64,000 bases of DNA, taken from contig CAZCYZ010000001.1 of assembly GCA_964503465.1 (NCBI GenBank), positions 129,702 to 193,701 on the forward strand, written 5' to 3'. The stretch is from an uncultured Gammaproteobacteria bacterium (GTDB lineage Bacteria; Patescibacteriota; Microgenomatia; UBA12405). The translations under genes were made by a program, and so were the position numbers. Shown one piece after another: positions 38,863-46,754 of the stretch. Within the stretch, counting starts at the first letter, position 1. Each line of letters begins with the position of its first letter. The notes below the pieces were generated by a model. It ran no database searches, had not been told where the DNA came from, and worked only from the letters and a program-made list of their open reading frames with translations.

Positions 38863-39924
38863 ATGCCCGATTCTCCGTTAACGATAGATGAAGCTATTAA
38901 TAGGCTGATTGCCAAGTCTCAGTCAGTTAAGTTACCCCCTGGTTTACTTAGCAAACTCGAAGAACTTTTTGGGGAATTACGAATCAATGCTAACTCGCCC
39001 CAGACTTTCTGGCAAAGTTATCAAGTGGTCAGCAAATATCTCGACTGGATTGTTTCCCTTCCTTGGTTTTCCAAAACTGACGACATCCTTGATATTGATC
39101 ATGCTCGTCAACAGTTAAATCTCAATCATTATGGCCTTGATGCTGCTAAAGAAAGAATTCTTGAGTTTATTGCTGTTCTTGCTCTTCAGCAACACCGTCA
39201 TCCGGAAGCCAAACCTCATGCCCCAGTACTTCTTTTTACTGGTTTGGTTGGCACCGGCAAAACCACTCTTGCCCGTTCCATTGCTCACGCCCTTGGTCGT
39301 CAGTTTATTCGTATTCCTTTCGGCGGTTTGGGGGACCCTCTCTATCTTCGTGGTCGTTCTCGAATTTATCCCGAAGCCGAGCCTGGCGCCATCATCAAAG
39401 GTCTAATATCAGTCAAAAGTAACAACCCGGTTATCTTATTGGACGAGATCGATCGTATTGCCGACGATGCCCTCAACACCATTATGGGAGTTTTGGTTGA
39501 ACTTCTTGATCCGGAACAGAACAATCATTTTGTTGACCATTATCTTGATTATCCTTTTGATCTTAGCAATTGTCTTTTTTGTGCCACTTGTAATAACACC
39601 ACTCGTATTGCCACTGCCGTTATGGACCGGCTCGAAGTTATCCAAATGCCTTCTTACACTGACGAGGAAAAGACTATCATCGGCCGTGACTATATTCTCC
39701 CCAAGGCAATTATCGAATCCGGACTCAATCCGGAGGAAATTACTATTTCTCCTGACGTTTGGCCAAATATTGTCCGGCCGTTAGGTTTTGATGCCGGTGT
39801 CAGAACTCTTAAACGCAATATTGAAGGATTGTGCCAAAAAGCCGCTCGTCAAATTCTTGAAGGTCGAGCTCAAAAAATTACTATTGATGACTCCAATGTT
39901 AAATTATTTGTCCCCCAGTGGTAA
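38863..39924 (+). CDS. Stand-alone Lon-like AAA+ ATPase module (no LAN or protease domains).
   Basis: Near-colinear match to the Lon AAA+ region: LNLNHYGLDAAKERILEF, GLVGTGKTT, LLDEIDRI, LLDPEQN, DHYLDYPFDLSNCLFCATCN, MDRLEVIQMPSYTDEEK and DAGVRTLKRNIEGLCQKAA. Ends at 353 aa with no PKDGPSAG-type protease motif. Confidence 0.75.
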   Translation: MPDSPLTIDEAINRLIAKSQSVKLPPGLLSKLEELFGELRINANSPQTFWQSYQVVSKYLDWIVSLPWFSKTDDILDIDHARQQLNLNHYGLDAAKERILEFIAVLALQQHRHPEAKPHAPVLLFTGLVGTGKTTLARSIAHALGRQFIRIPFGGLGDPLYLRGRSRIYPEAEPGAIIKGLISVKSNNPVILLDEIDRIADDALNTIMGVLVELLDPEQNNHFVDHYLDYPFDLSNCLFCATCNNTTRIATAVMDRLEVIQMPSYTDEEKTIIGRDYILPKAIIESGLNPEEITISPDVWPNIVRPLGFDAGVRTLKRNIEGLCQKAARQILEGRAQKITIDDSNVKLFVPQW

Positions 39925-40003
39925 AGTTTCCATTCCTTTCAGTCCTGCTTCTTTGCGTTGCTTTTGTCATTCTTCTCTTTACTCTCTCTCCATTTTTTCC
40001 TAA

Positions 40004-40588
40004 ATGAAACAAGACCCATTTCTTATTCCCGTTCTACTGGCCATTATTTTTGTTTCTATTTTGGGCAATATTTATCTTTATTTTCATAAAAATATCAATT
40101 TCTCTCCCACCCCATTTGACACCAGCATTCTTATCACTCCTACTCTTTACCCCTCCTTGGTGCCAACTATCCCAGCCACCACTTCGACCTCGGTTAATGG
40201 ACTTGTGACATACACCAATCGGGAGGATGGCCTAAGTTTTCAATATCCCGAAGATTGGTACTTTGATGGTGGTGTCCTCTCAAACTATGACCCATCCAAT
40301 AGAGGTCCAGTAGAATCCCACCAGGGTGACATTAAGTGTGACCTGTTTGCCGCCAAGTTTGTGGATGAATCGACGTTGGTTGGGACAAAACAACTCAAAA
40401 TCAATTCAAAAAGTACAATTTACCAATCTAAACTACAATCCGAATTATATGAAGATATTTTTTACACTGTTTTTAGCATTTATTCCCCAAATAAATCAAA
40501 GTTAAATCATTTCATCTGCTACTCACTCGCCCAAAACCAGATTCAGGCCTTCTATAAGGTACTTAGCTCTTTTGAATTTATCAACTAA
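40004..40588 (+). CDS. Hypothetical N-terminally anchored (signal-anchor) protein, tandem paralog 1.
   Basis: IPVLLAIIFVSILGNIYLYF TM segment, then a Pro/Thr linker and a globular domain. Confidence 0.5.
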   Translation: MKQDPFLIPVLLAIIFVSILGNIYLYFHKNINFSPTPFDTSILITPTLYPSLVPTIPATTSTSVNGLVTYTNREDGLSFQYPEDWYFDGGVLSNYDPSNRGPVESHQGDIKCDLFAAKFVDESTLVGTKQLKINSKSTIYQSKLQSELYEDIFYTVFSIYSPNKSKLNHFICYSLAQNQIQAFYKVLSSFEFIN

Positions 40589-41214
40589 TGTCTACTAATT
40601 CATTAAGTCCAAAACTAGTACCCATTCTCCTCGCCATTATTTTTGTTTCTATTTTGGGCAATATTTATCTTTACTTTACTCGGAACCAGCCATTTACTCC
40701 TTTAGTTCCCGATACCAGTATTTTTATCACCCCCACTCCTTATCCCCCAACTGCCACCCCAATAACCCGGCAACAATATCAACACTCCCGACTCAAGTAC
40801 CAAATTAGTTACCCTTCATCCTGGCAATTAGAAGTCGACGGGCAATACCCGGATATAGTTAACCTTACTCTCGGTGATCTGGCTAGAATTACTATCGACC
40901 CTACCAACCAACTACAAATTACCCCCACGATTAAACAGTGGGTCGAAAAAACTAACCATCAAACCTCCACCGATCCCAATCGCAAGTCATTTTCGTCGCT
41001 TTTAACCATTCTTCCCGATGACGGTCTCATTACCAATCAAGTGGGTAAGTCACTTGTCATTTTGGACGAAGGTTTTTTTGAACAAAACGGCAAGCAATAT
41101 CTTTTTACTCGCGGTAATACAATTTATAATCTTACCGCTGTTTATTACGGTGAAAACTCTTCAGCCTCCATCGACATCAATGGCATCGTTTCTAGTCTCA
41201 AGTTTATTGATTAG
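40588..41214 (+). CDS. Hypothetical N-terminally anchored protein, tandem paralog 2.
   Basis: PILLAIIFVSILGNIYLYF, near-identical to paralog 1 in both DNA and protein over the N-terminus. The shared stop/start ATGA overlaps. Confidence 0.5.
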   Translation: MSTNSLSPKLVPILLAIIFVSILGNIYLYFTRNQPFTPLVPDTSIFITPTPYPPTATPITRQQYQHSRLKYQISYPSSWQLEVDGQYPDIVNLTLGDLARITIDPTNQLQITPTIKQWVEKTNHQTSTDPNRKSFSSLLTILPDDGLITNQVGKSLVILDEGFFEQNGKQYLFTRGNTIYNLTAVYYGENSSASIDINGIVSSLKFID

Positions 41215-41243
41215 TTGCAATTCGTAGCCACAAGTGTTACAAT
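41215..41243 (+). promoter_or_regulatory. Sigma70-like promoter upstream of rnj.
   Basis: TTGCAA, 17-nt spacer, TACAAT. Confidence 0.45.
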
Positions 41244-41338
41244 ACCCTTCAAGCTTCTGAATACGGTTACACACATTCGACCCGACGTTTCCTAAGCAAT
41301 TTATATTATTTTAGTCTTTTCGGGTCTATTATTTTTGT

Positions 41339-43075
41339 ATGAATCAAATCAATCAATTTCAGGGTCTAAAAAACCCCGTTCGTCAGTTTAACTCCCAAAA
41401 CGATTCAGTTCGTATTAGTTCACTGGGCGGTTTTGGTGACGTTACTCAAAACATGTTCGTTTATGAGTATGCTCCCAATGGTGACTTTACCAAAAGCGAA
41501 ATTATTATTGTTGACTGTGGTGTCGGTTTTCCCGAAGAAGACGCTTTTGGTGTTGATCTTCAAATTCCCGATACTACTTATCTTACCGACAAGAAAGATC
41601 GAATCAAAGCTATTTTTATTACTCACGGTCACGAGGATCATATTGGTGCTGTCAGATTTATTTTGCCAATTTTGGGTAAGGATATCCCCATTTATGCCCC
41701 TCGTCTGGCCGCCGCCTTTATTCAGGCTCGTTTGGAAGAATTCAACATTCGTCCCAAGCTTGAAGTAATTCAAGATGGTATTTCTATCATCAAAAGTCCT
41801 TTCACTGTTGAGCCAGTTCGAGTAACCCACTCCGTCCCTGATACTTATCATTATGCTATTCACACCCCAGTTGGTATTTTTTACCACGGGAGTGATTTCA
41901 AGTTTGATCTTTTCCCTCTCGACGGTGTTCAGGCTGATCTCCGTCGTATTGCCGCCGTTGGTGGTCAGAATGTAGTTTGTCTTCTTTCTGATTGTCTCGG
42001 GGCCGATCATGAAGGCTATTCGCCCTCCGAAGGTGCTATTGCCGAAAACTTTGAACGAGAAATAAAAACTGCCAAAGGGCGAGTCTTTGTCACTGCCATC
42101 AGTAGTAACATTGTCCGTTGGAGTCAGGCTATTGATTGTGCCAAAAAAGTTGGTCGTAAAATAGTTATTGTTGGTATGTCGGTTGACAAGGCCATTAGAA
42201 TTGCCAAAGAGCTGGGTTATGTTCATTTGGTCGAATCCGATATCATTCCCGTCGAGAAAGTTCGTAATTTTTCTGACAACAAACTAATTTTTCTGACCGC
42301 CGGTTTTGCTGGACAACCAGATTCGGCTCTTTCCAAAATGACTATGGGCAAACATCGGATCAAAATAAAATCTGGTGATAAGGTTATTTTCTCTTCACCC
42401 GATTACATTCCCGGTACCACTACCGCCATTTTTGACATGATTGACAACCTTTCTCGGCTTGGAGCTGAGGTTGCCTACGGTGAAAAAGAAGAACTTCATG
42501 TTAGTGGTCATGGTTATCAAAAGGAACATGCTCTTTTAATCCAGCTACTTCATCCCAAATATCTTCTTCCCATTGGTGGCAACTACCGTCATGTCAAAAG
42601 TTATCAGACTATGGCTAAAAGTTTAGGTTTTAACGACAATCAGTTTATTGCTCCCGATCACGACTCTTCGGTCACTTTTCACGGGGATCGCTCCTTTGAC
42701 ACCAGCTTTAGAATCCCTCTTCGTAAAGTTTTGATTGACGGACTTGGGGTGGGGGATGTTGGCACTACCGTTCTTCGTGACCGTAAACTTTTAGCTGAAG
42801 ATGGTATGTTTAGTGTTGTTGTCTTAGTCGACAAAGAACATGGCAAACTTTACCAGGAGCCCGTTATTCTTAGCCGAGGTTTTGTTTTTGTCAAAGAAAA
42901 TACTGACCTTTTAAATTACTTAAAGCAGGAGGTTACCAATAAGTTTCAACAGCTTGCCAGCAAACCGGCTAATCTTGATTACATTCGCACCGAGCTCCAA
43001 TCGTATCTTGAGGGAATTATCATGGAAAAAACCGGCCGTCAACCTATGGTGCTACCTCTAGTTATCGAGATTTAA
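41339..43075 (+). CDS. rnj: Ribonuclease J (beta-CASP metallo-beta-lactamase).
   Basis: ITHGHEDHIGA motif, beta-CASP region and C-terminal domain. 578 aa. Confidence 0.9.
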   Translation: MNQINQFQGLKNPVRQFNSQNDSVRISSLGGFGDVTQNMFVYEYAPNGDFTKSEIIIVDCGVGFPEEDAFGVDLQIPDTTYLTDKKDRIKAIFITHGHEDHIGAVRFILPILGKDIPIYAPRLAAAFIQARLEEFNIRPKLEVIQDGISIIKSPFTVEPVRVTHSVPDTYHYAIHTPVGIFYHGSDFKFDLFPLDGVQADLRRIAAVGGQNVVCLLSDCLGADHEGYSPSEGAIAENFEREIKTAKGRVFVTAISSNIVRWSQAIDCAKKVGRKIVIVGMSVDKAIRIAKELGYVHLVESDIIPVEKVRNFSDNKLIFLTAGFAGQPDSALSKMTMGKHRIKIKSGDKVIFSSPDYIPGTTTAIFDMIDNLSRLGAEVAYGEKEELHVSGHGYQKEHALLIQLLHPKYLLPIGGNYRHVKSYQTMAKSLGFNDNQFIAPDHDSSVTFHGDRSFDTSFRIPLRKVLIDGLGVGDVGTTVLRDRKLLAEDGMFSVVVLVDKEHGKLYQEPVILSRGFVFVKENTDLLNYLKQEVTNKFQQLASKPANLDYIRTELQSYLEGIIMEKTGRQPMVLPLVIEI

Positions 43076-43476
43076 AAATATTTCTCCAATCGTCTCAAAG
43101 TATCATCAGTAGGGGTATTAGATACTTGTCTGACCGCTAAATCCACTGACGTCCATCCGTCGCCACCGATTCTTTTAACCTGAATTCGACCTCCCTCTCT
43201 GTCGGCTACTCGACGCAGTTCTTGTTGTAGAGCGTGAAGTTCAGCGTAAGCCCTAGGCTCATCTAGTCCCCCGCCATGTAACCGTTGTCTTTTCCCAGAT
43301 ATCGTCACTATGGCTGTTCCATCTTTTCCTGCAGTTTTTAGAATATCCTCCGCTTCATCATATCGCACTCTAATCTTTGCCGGCTTTCTCGGGACTACTC
43401 TGTCCCTGGTTGGCCCCCAGTTAATCTCTTGAGCCTCTGCTTCGGTGGCTCTTCTAATCATCGTTACTGGACTCAT
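43072..43476 (-). CDS. Hypothetical protein (134 aa), compositionally atypical (Arg/Ala-rich), coupled to the upstream cyclase.
   Basis: Its start ATG overlaps the cyclase stop (ATGA). GC-richer than its surroundings. Weak similarity to 17712..18443 (DG[ST][TA]IV...ALQ[EQ][QE] block). Confidence 0.45.
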   Translation of the reverse strand: MSPVTMIRRATEAEAQEINWGPTRDRVVPRKPAKIRVRYDEAEDILKTAGKDGTAIVTISGKRQRLHGGGLDEPRAYAELHALQQELRRVADREGGRIQVKRIGGDGWTSVDLAVRQVSNTPTDDTLRRLEKYF

Positions 43477-44267
43477 TTTTTGAAATTAACCGGTAATCTT
43501 CTAATTTGAACCGTTGGTGTCGGGGCAGGGAATACCCTTGATCTAATTAAATTCTTTGTTTTTATTGGCAATTTACTCCAAGCAAATACCACCACTACTA
43601 CTATCAGGGCTAAATACAACAATTTCACAATTCCTGGAAACGATTCTTCCTCCGTGGTCCTGTCGCTGGTGTTGTGTTTGTCTTTATCCAAATTAGCATG
43701 TTGGTATGTCTTCTCGCTTCGAGCACTTTTGTGTTTATCCATTGCTCCCTCTTCTTGCAACACCTTATATACCTTTACCTGATCAGCAATTCCCTTAAGA
43801 TAACGATAACCAATCTCTGCCGTTGGCACCTCGTTTTTATTCATTGCCAGGTATACCGCTTCTGTGAAATACACCTCCCCCGGTTCGGCAATCGACTCGA
43901 TTCTTGAAGCAATATTGACCGGTTCCCCAAAAACATCATCGTCCTTAAGGTTTACTTCCCCAAAGTTCACTGCGATCCTTAGTTCAAACTTCTCATCTTC
44001 GTTCGCGTCATGGTTGTGCTTAGCAATTGTTTCCTGAACCTTGACTCCGCACAGTACTGCATTAGTCGGGGATTCGAAAGTTACCAAATAGGCGTCACCA
44101 ATAGTTTTAACTATTGTTCCATCGTACTGTCCAAATATTGGCCGCACCACTTCATCTTGAATCTCCAGTAAATGCTGTATTTCTTCTCGTGATTCAAGCG
44201 AAGTTCTGGTCGTAAACCCTTTCATGTCGGTAAACATTATCGCCAGCCCTTTGGTCTTTGCCCCCAT
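43473..44267 (-). CDS. Class III nucleotidyl (adenylyl/guanylyl-type) cyclase with a C-terminal transmembrane anchor.
   Basis: MFTDMKGFT, GDAYLVTF, LRIAVNFGEV and GEPVNIASRIES motifs of the CHD cyclase domain. C-terminal LLYLALIVVVVVFAW helix. Confidence 0.8.
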   Translation of the reverse strand: MGAKTKGLAIMFTDMKGFTTRTSLESREEIQHLLEIQDEVVRPIFGQYDGTIVKTIGDAYLVTFESPTNAVLCGVKVQETIAKHNHDANEDEKFELRIAVNFGEVNLKDDDVFGEPVNIASRIESIAEPGEVYFTEAVYLAMNKNEVPTAEIGYRYLKGIADQVKVYKVLQEEGAMDKHKSARSEKTYQHANLDKDKHNTSDRTTEEESFPGIVKLLYLALIVVVVVFAWSKLPIKTKNLIRSRVFPAPTPTVQIRRLPVNFKK

Positions 44268-44308
44268 GGCTTATTTTAACTCAAATATCTTTTGGTGTAG
44301 ACTTTTAT

Positions 44309-45031
44309 ATGGACAAAAAACATCCTCACCATCTTGGTCTTTTTATTCTTCTTGCCTCCATTATTTGGTCGTTTGCCTTTTATCGGGCTAAAGTCGTTAC
44401 TTCTCGTCAAACCATTTCTGTCACTGGTGTTGCTTATCAAGATGTTACTTCTGACTTAGCCGACTGGTCATTTACTCTAGAGCGTCGGGACTCAGGTCGG
44501 AAAAATAGTTACGACAATTTGTTGTCCGACGAGAAAAATTTTCTTGATCATCTTAAGAAACTCAACATTACCGATTCCGAAATCCGCAAAGGCACTTACC
44601 ACACTTTTCCTGTTTACCGTAAGGAAAACTATACCGATACCGACGAAATCATTGCTTACACTTCCACCATCAATTATTCCATTGTTGGTTCTGACATTAG
44701 TAAAATTGCCAACATTGCCGACAATATCAATGCCTACTTAATCGCCAATAATCTTACTCTCTCTCAAAACTATCAATCCTACACCTACAATCAACTCGAA
44801 GGGCTCAAGATCTCTCTCCTCGAAGCCGCTATCAAAAATGCCGAAAGTCGGGCCAAAGCCATTGGTAAAACTACTCATTCCCGAATTGGGAAGATCGTTA
44901 ATGCTTCCCAGGGGATTTTTCAAGTCAACCCCAGAAACGACTACAGTGTCTCCGGTGAAGGCAACTTTGATACTTCCTCCATTGGTAAAACTATCCGCGC
45001 CACTGTTTCGGTTGATTTCGAGCTCAAGTGA
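44309..45031 (+). CDS. SIMPL (DUF541) domain secreted or periplasmic protein.
   Basis: N-terminal TM/signal, then ISVTGVAYQDVTSDLADWSFTLE, typical of SIMPL. Start at the internal ATG 44309. Confidence 0.6.
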   Translation: MDKKHPHHLGLFILLASIIWSFAFYRAKVVTSRQTISVTGVAYQDVTSDLADWSFTLERRDSGRKNSYDNLLSDEKNFLDHLKKLNITDSEIRKGTYHTFPVYRKENYTDTDEIIAYTSTINYSIVGSDISKIANIADNINAYLIANNLTLSQNYQSYTYNQLEGLKISLLEAAIKNAESRAKAIGKTTHSRIGKIVNASQGIFQVNPRNDYSVSGEGNFDTSSIGKTIRATVSVDFELK

Positions 45032-45040
45032 TGTCATAAT
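45012..45040 (+). promoter_or_regulatory. Sigma70-like promoter driving the proS leader.
   Basis: TTGATT, 17-nt spacer, TGtCATAAT (extended -10), within the 3' end of the SIMPL gene. Confidence 0.4.
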
Positions 45041-45046
45041 TCCCTC

Positions 45047-45155
45047 AAACCTATGAAACCGTTTCCCGCGGTGGAGGTGACGGCGACGAGCCGCTCCAGA
45101 AACAAACTGTAAAATATTCATCAAGAAGTAAATAGGGTGGTACCACGACGCTTGC
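45047..45155 (+). promoter_or_regulatory. T-box riboswitch leader (compact Stem I plus a conserved T-box sequence) regulating proS.
   Basis: AAATAGGGTGGTACCACGACG (45130-45150) matches the T-box consensus AAUUAGGGUGGNACCGCG. The stem I candidate GTTTC..GCGG...CCGC.uCCAg.GAAAC exposes a CCA (Pro) codon at 45096-45098. Confidence 0.65.
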
Positions 45156-45183
45156 GCTCGTCCCTAACAGGACGAGCTTTTTT
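45156..45183 (+). terminator. T-box terminator (attenuator) hairpin.
   Basis: GCTCGTCC-ctaaca-GGACGAGC followed by TTTTTT. The 5' arm can alternatively pair with the T-box sequence (antiterminator). Confidence 0.6.
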
Positions 45184-45275
45184 AGTTTCTTTAGGTCTAA
45201 TTTTAAACCGAAGGTGATAAAATTTGCCTAAAGACACAATCCCGATGGGCAGACAATGTTGGGATAGTTTAAAAT

Positions 45276-46715
45276 TTGACTATGGATCAACAATTCAAAA
45301 AAGAACAACTTAAGGATCGCAATCTTGATTTATCCGAGTGGTACAACGATATTGTTCTCAAGGCCGAATTGGCCGACTACGCCCCCGTCAAGGGCTGCAT
45401 GGTCATCCGCCCCTATGGTTATGCCCTTTGGGAAGGAATCCAGAACTTTATGGATAAGCTCATCAAGGACTATGGCGTTCACAATGCCTATTTTCCCCTC
45501 TTTATCCCCATGCATTATCTTCAAAAAGAAAAAGAACACGTTAAAGGTTTCTCCCCTCAACTAGCGGTAGTTACCCATGGCGGTGGCGAGAAGCTTGCTG
45601 AAAATTTGGCTGTCAGGCCCACTTCCGAAACTATTATGTACGACATGTATCGCAAGTGGACTAATTCTTGGCGTGATTTACCCATCCTCATTAACCAGTG
45701 GTGCAATGTCGTTCGATGGGAAAAACGCACCTATCTCTTCTTGCGCACTTCAGAGTTCTTGTGGCAGGAGGGCCATTGTGCCCATCTAACCCAAGAAGAA
45801 AATCTCAAAACTGTTTTCTGGGCTCTGGATATGTATCAGCAAACTTACAACCAACTTCTGGCCATGTATGGCATCAAAGGTGTCAAAAGTTCCAGCGAAA
45901 AATTCCCTGGTGCCGGTAACACTTACACTTTTGAATCCCTCATGCCCAATGGTAAATCACTTCAAGCTTGCACCTCCCATGATTTGGGTCAAAACTTCAG
46001 CAAGTCGTTTGAGTGGACAGTTCAGGATCAGTCAAAAAACAAAATTTATCCTTATCAAAACTCTTGGGGCTTTTCTACTCGCAGTATCGGCGGCCTGATC
46101 ATGGCCCATGGTGATCAAAACGGTCTTAAACTTCCTCCTAGCATTGCCCCCATCCAGGCCGTTATCGTTCCTATTCCTGGTCACTCCCAAGCCCTTCCCC
46201 AGGCCGACAAAATTTATCCCCAGCTCAAAAACAATTTCCGGGTCAAACTTGACGACTTTGAAGGTGAAACCGCAGGTTTCAAGTTCAATCATTGGGAACT
46301 CAAGGGTGTTCCCCTTAGAATCGAAATTGGCGACCGTGATGTTAGTAATCATAGTGCCGTTTTGGTCCGCCGTGACACTGGTGAAAAAGTTACTGTCGAT
46401 GTTGATAACCTTAACTCATCTATTACCAAAATCTTGGCCGATATTCAGGACTCACTTTTTGCCGCTCACCAAAAATTTACCGACAGTCACACCCATTCTG
46501 TTGATTCCTATCAGGACTTTAAACAGATTATGTCCACCGATCGTGGTTTCATTCGAGCCCATTGGTGTGAAGATGCCAATTGTGAAACCAAAATCAAAGA
46601 CGATACCAAAGCGACCACCCGTTGCCTTCCTCTTGATGCTCCCACGGAATCTGGTAAGTGCATTTATTGTGGCCGCCCCTCAACTCATCGCTGGCTCTTT
46701 GGTCTTAGTTACTGA
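45276..46715 (+). CDS. proS: Prolyl-tRNA synthetase, archaeal/eukaryotic-like class IIa type with a C-terminal zinc-binding domain.
   Basis: Class II motifs, no bacterial INS editing domain, C-terminal CEDANCE...C..C and a terminal Tyr (...LFGLSY). 479 aa. Confidence 0.9.
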   Translation: MTMDQQFKKEQLKDRNLDLSEWYNDIVLKAELADYAPVKGCMVIRPYGYALWEGIQNFMDKLIKDYGVHNAYFPLFIPMHYLQKEKEHVKGFSPQLAVVTHGGGEKLAENLAVRPTSETIMYDMYRKWTNSWRDLPILINQWCNVVRWEKRTYLFLRTSEFLWQEGHCAHLTQEENLKTVFWALDMYQQTYNQLLAMYGIKGVKSSSEKFPGAGNTYTFESLMPNGKSLQACTSHDLGQNFSKSFEWTVQDQSKNKIYPYQNSWGFSTRSIGGLIMAHGDQNGLKLPPSIAPIQAVIVPIPGHSQALPQADKIYPQLKNNFRVKLDDFEGETAGFKFNHWELKGVPLRIEIGDRDVSNHSAVLVRRDTGEKVTVDVDNLNSSITKILADIQDSLFAAHQKFTDSHTHSVDSYQDFKQIMSTDRGFIRAHWCEDANCETKIKDDTKATTRCLPLDAPTESGKCIYCGRPSTHRWLFGLSY

Positions 46716-46754
46716 TCACTGTTCACTAATCACCGATCACTGATATACTGAAGT

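Noticed and set aside
44738-45124. 128-aa minus-strand ORF spanning the SIMPL 3' end and the proS leader.
   Set aside because: The region is better explained by the SIMPL CDS plus the T-box leader on the + strand.
46705-46745. Direct repeats containing GATCACTG / TGATCA around the proS stop and ftsK upstream region.
   Set aside because: Short (8 nt) and overlapping the proS 3' end. No match to a known operator (not a LexA/Cheo box). Likely chance in AT-rich DNA.
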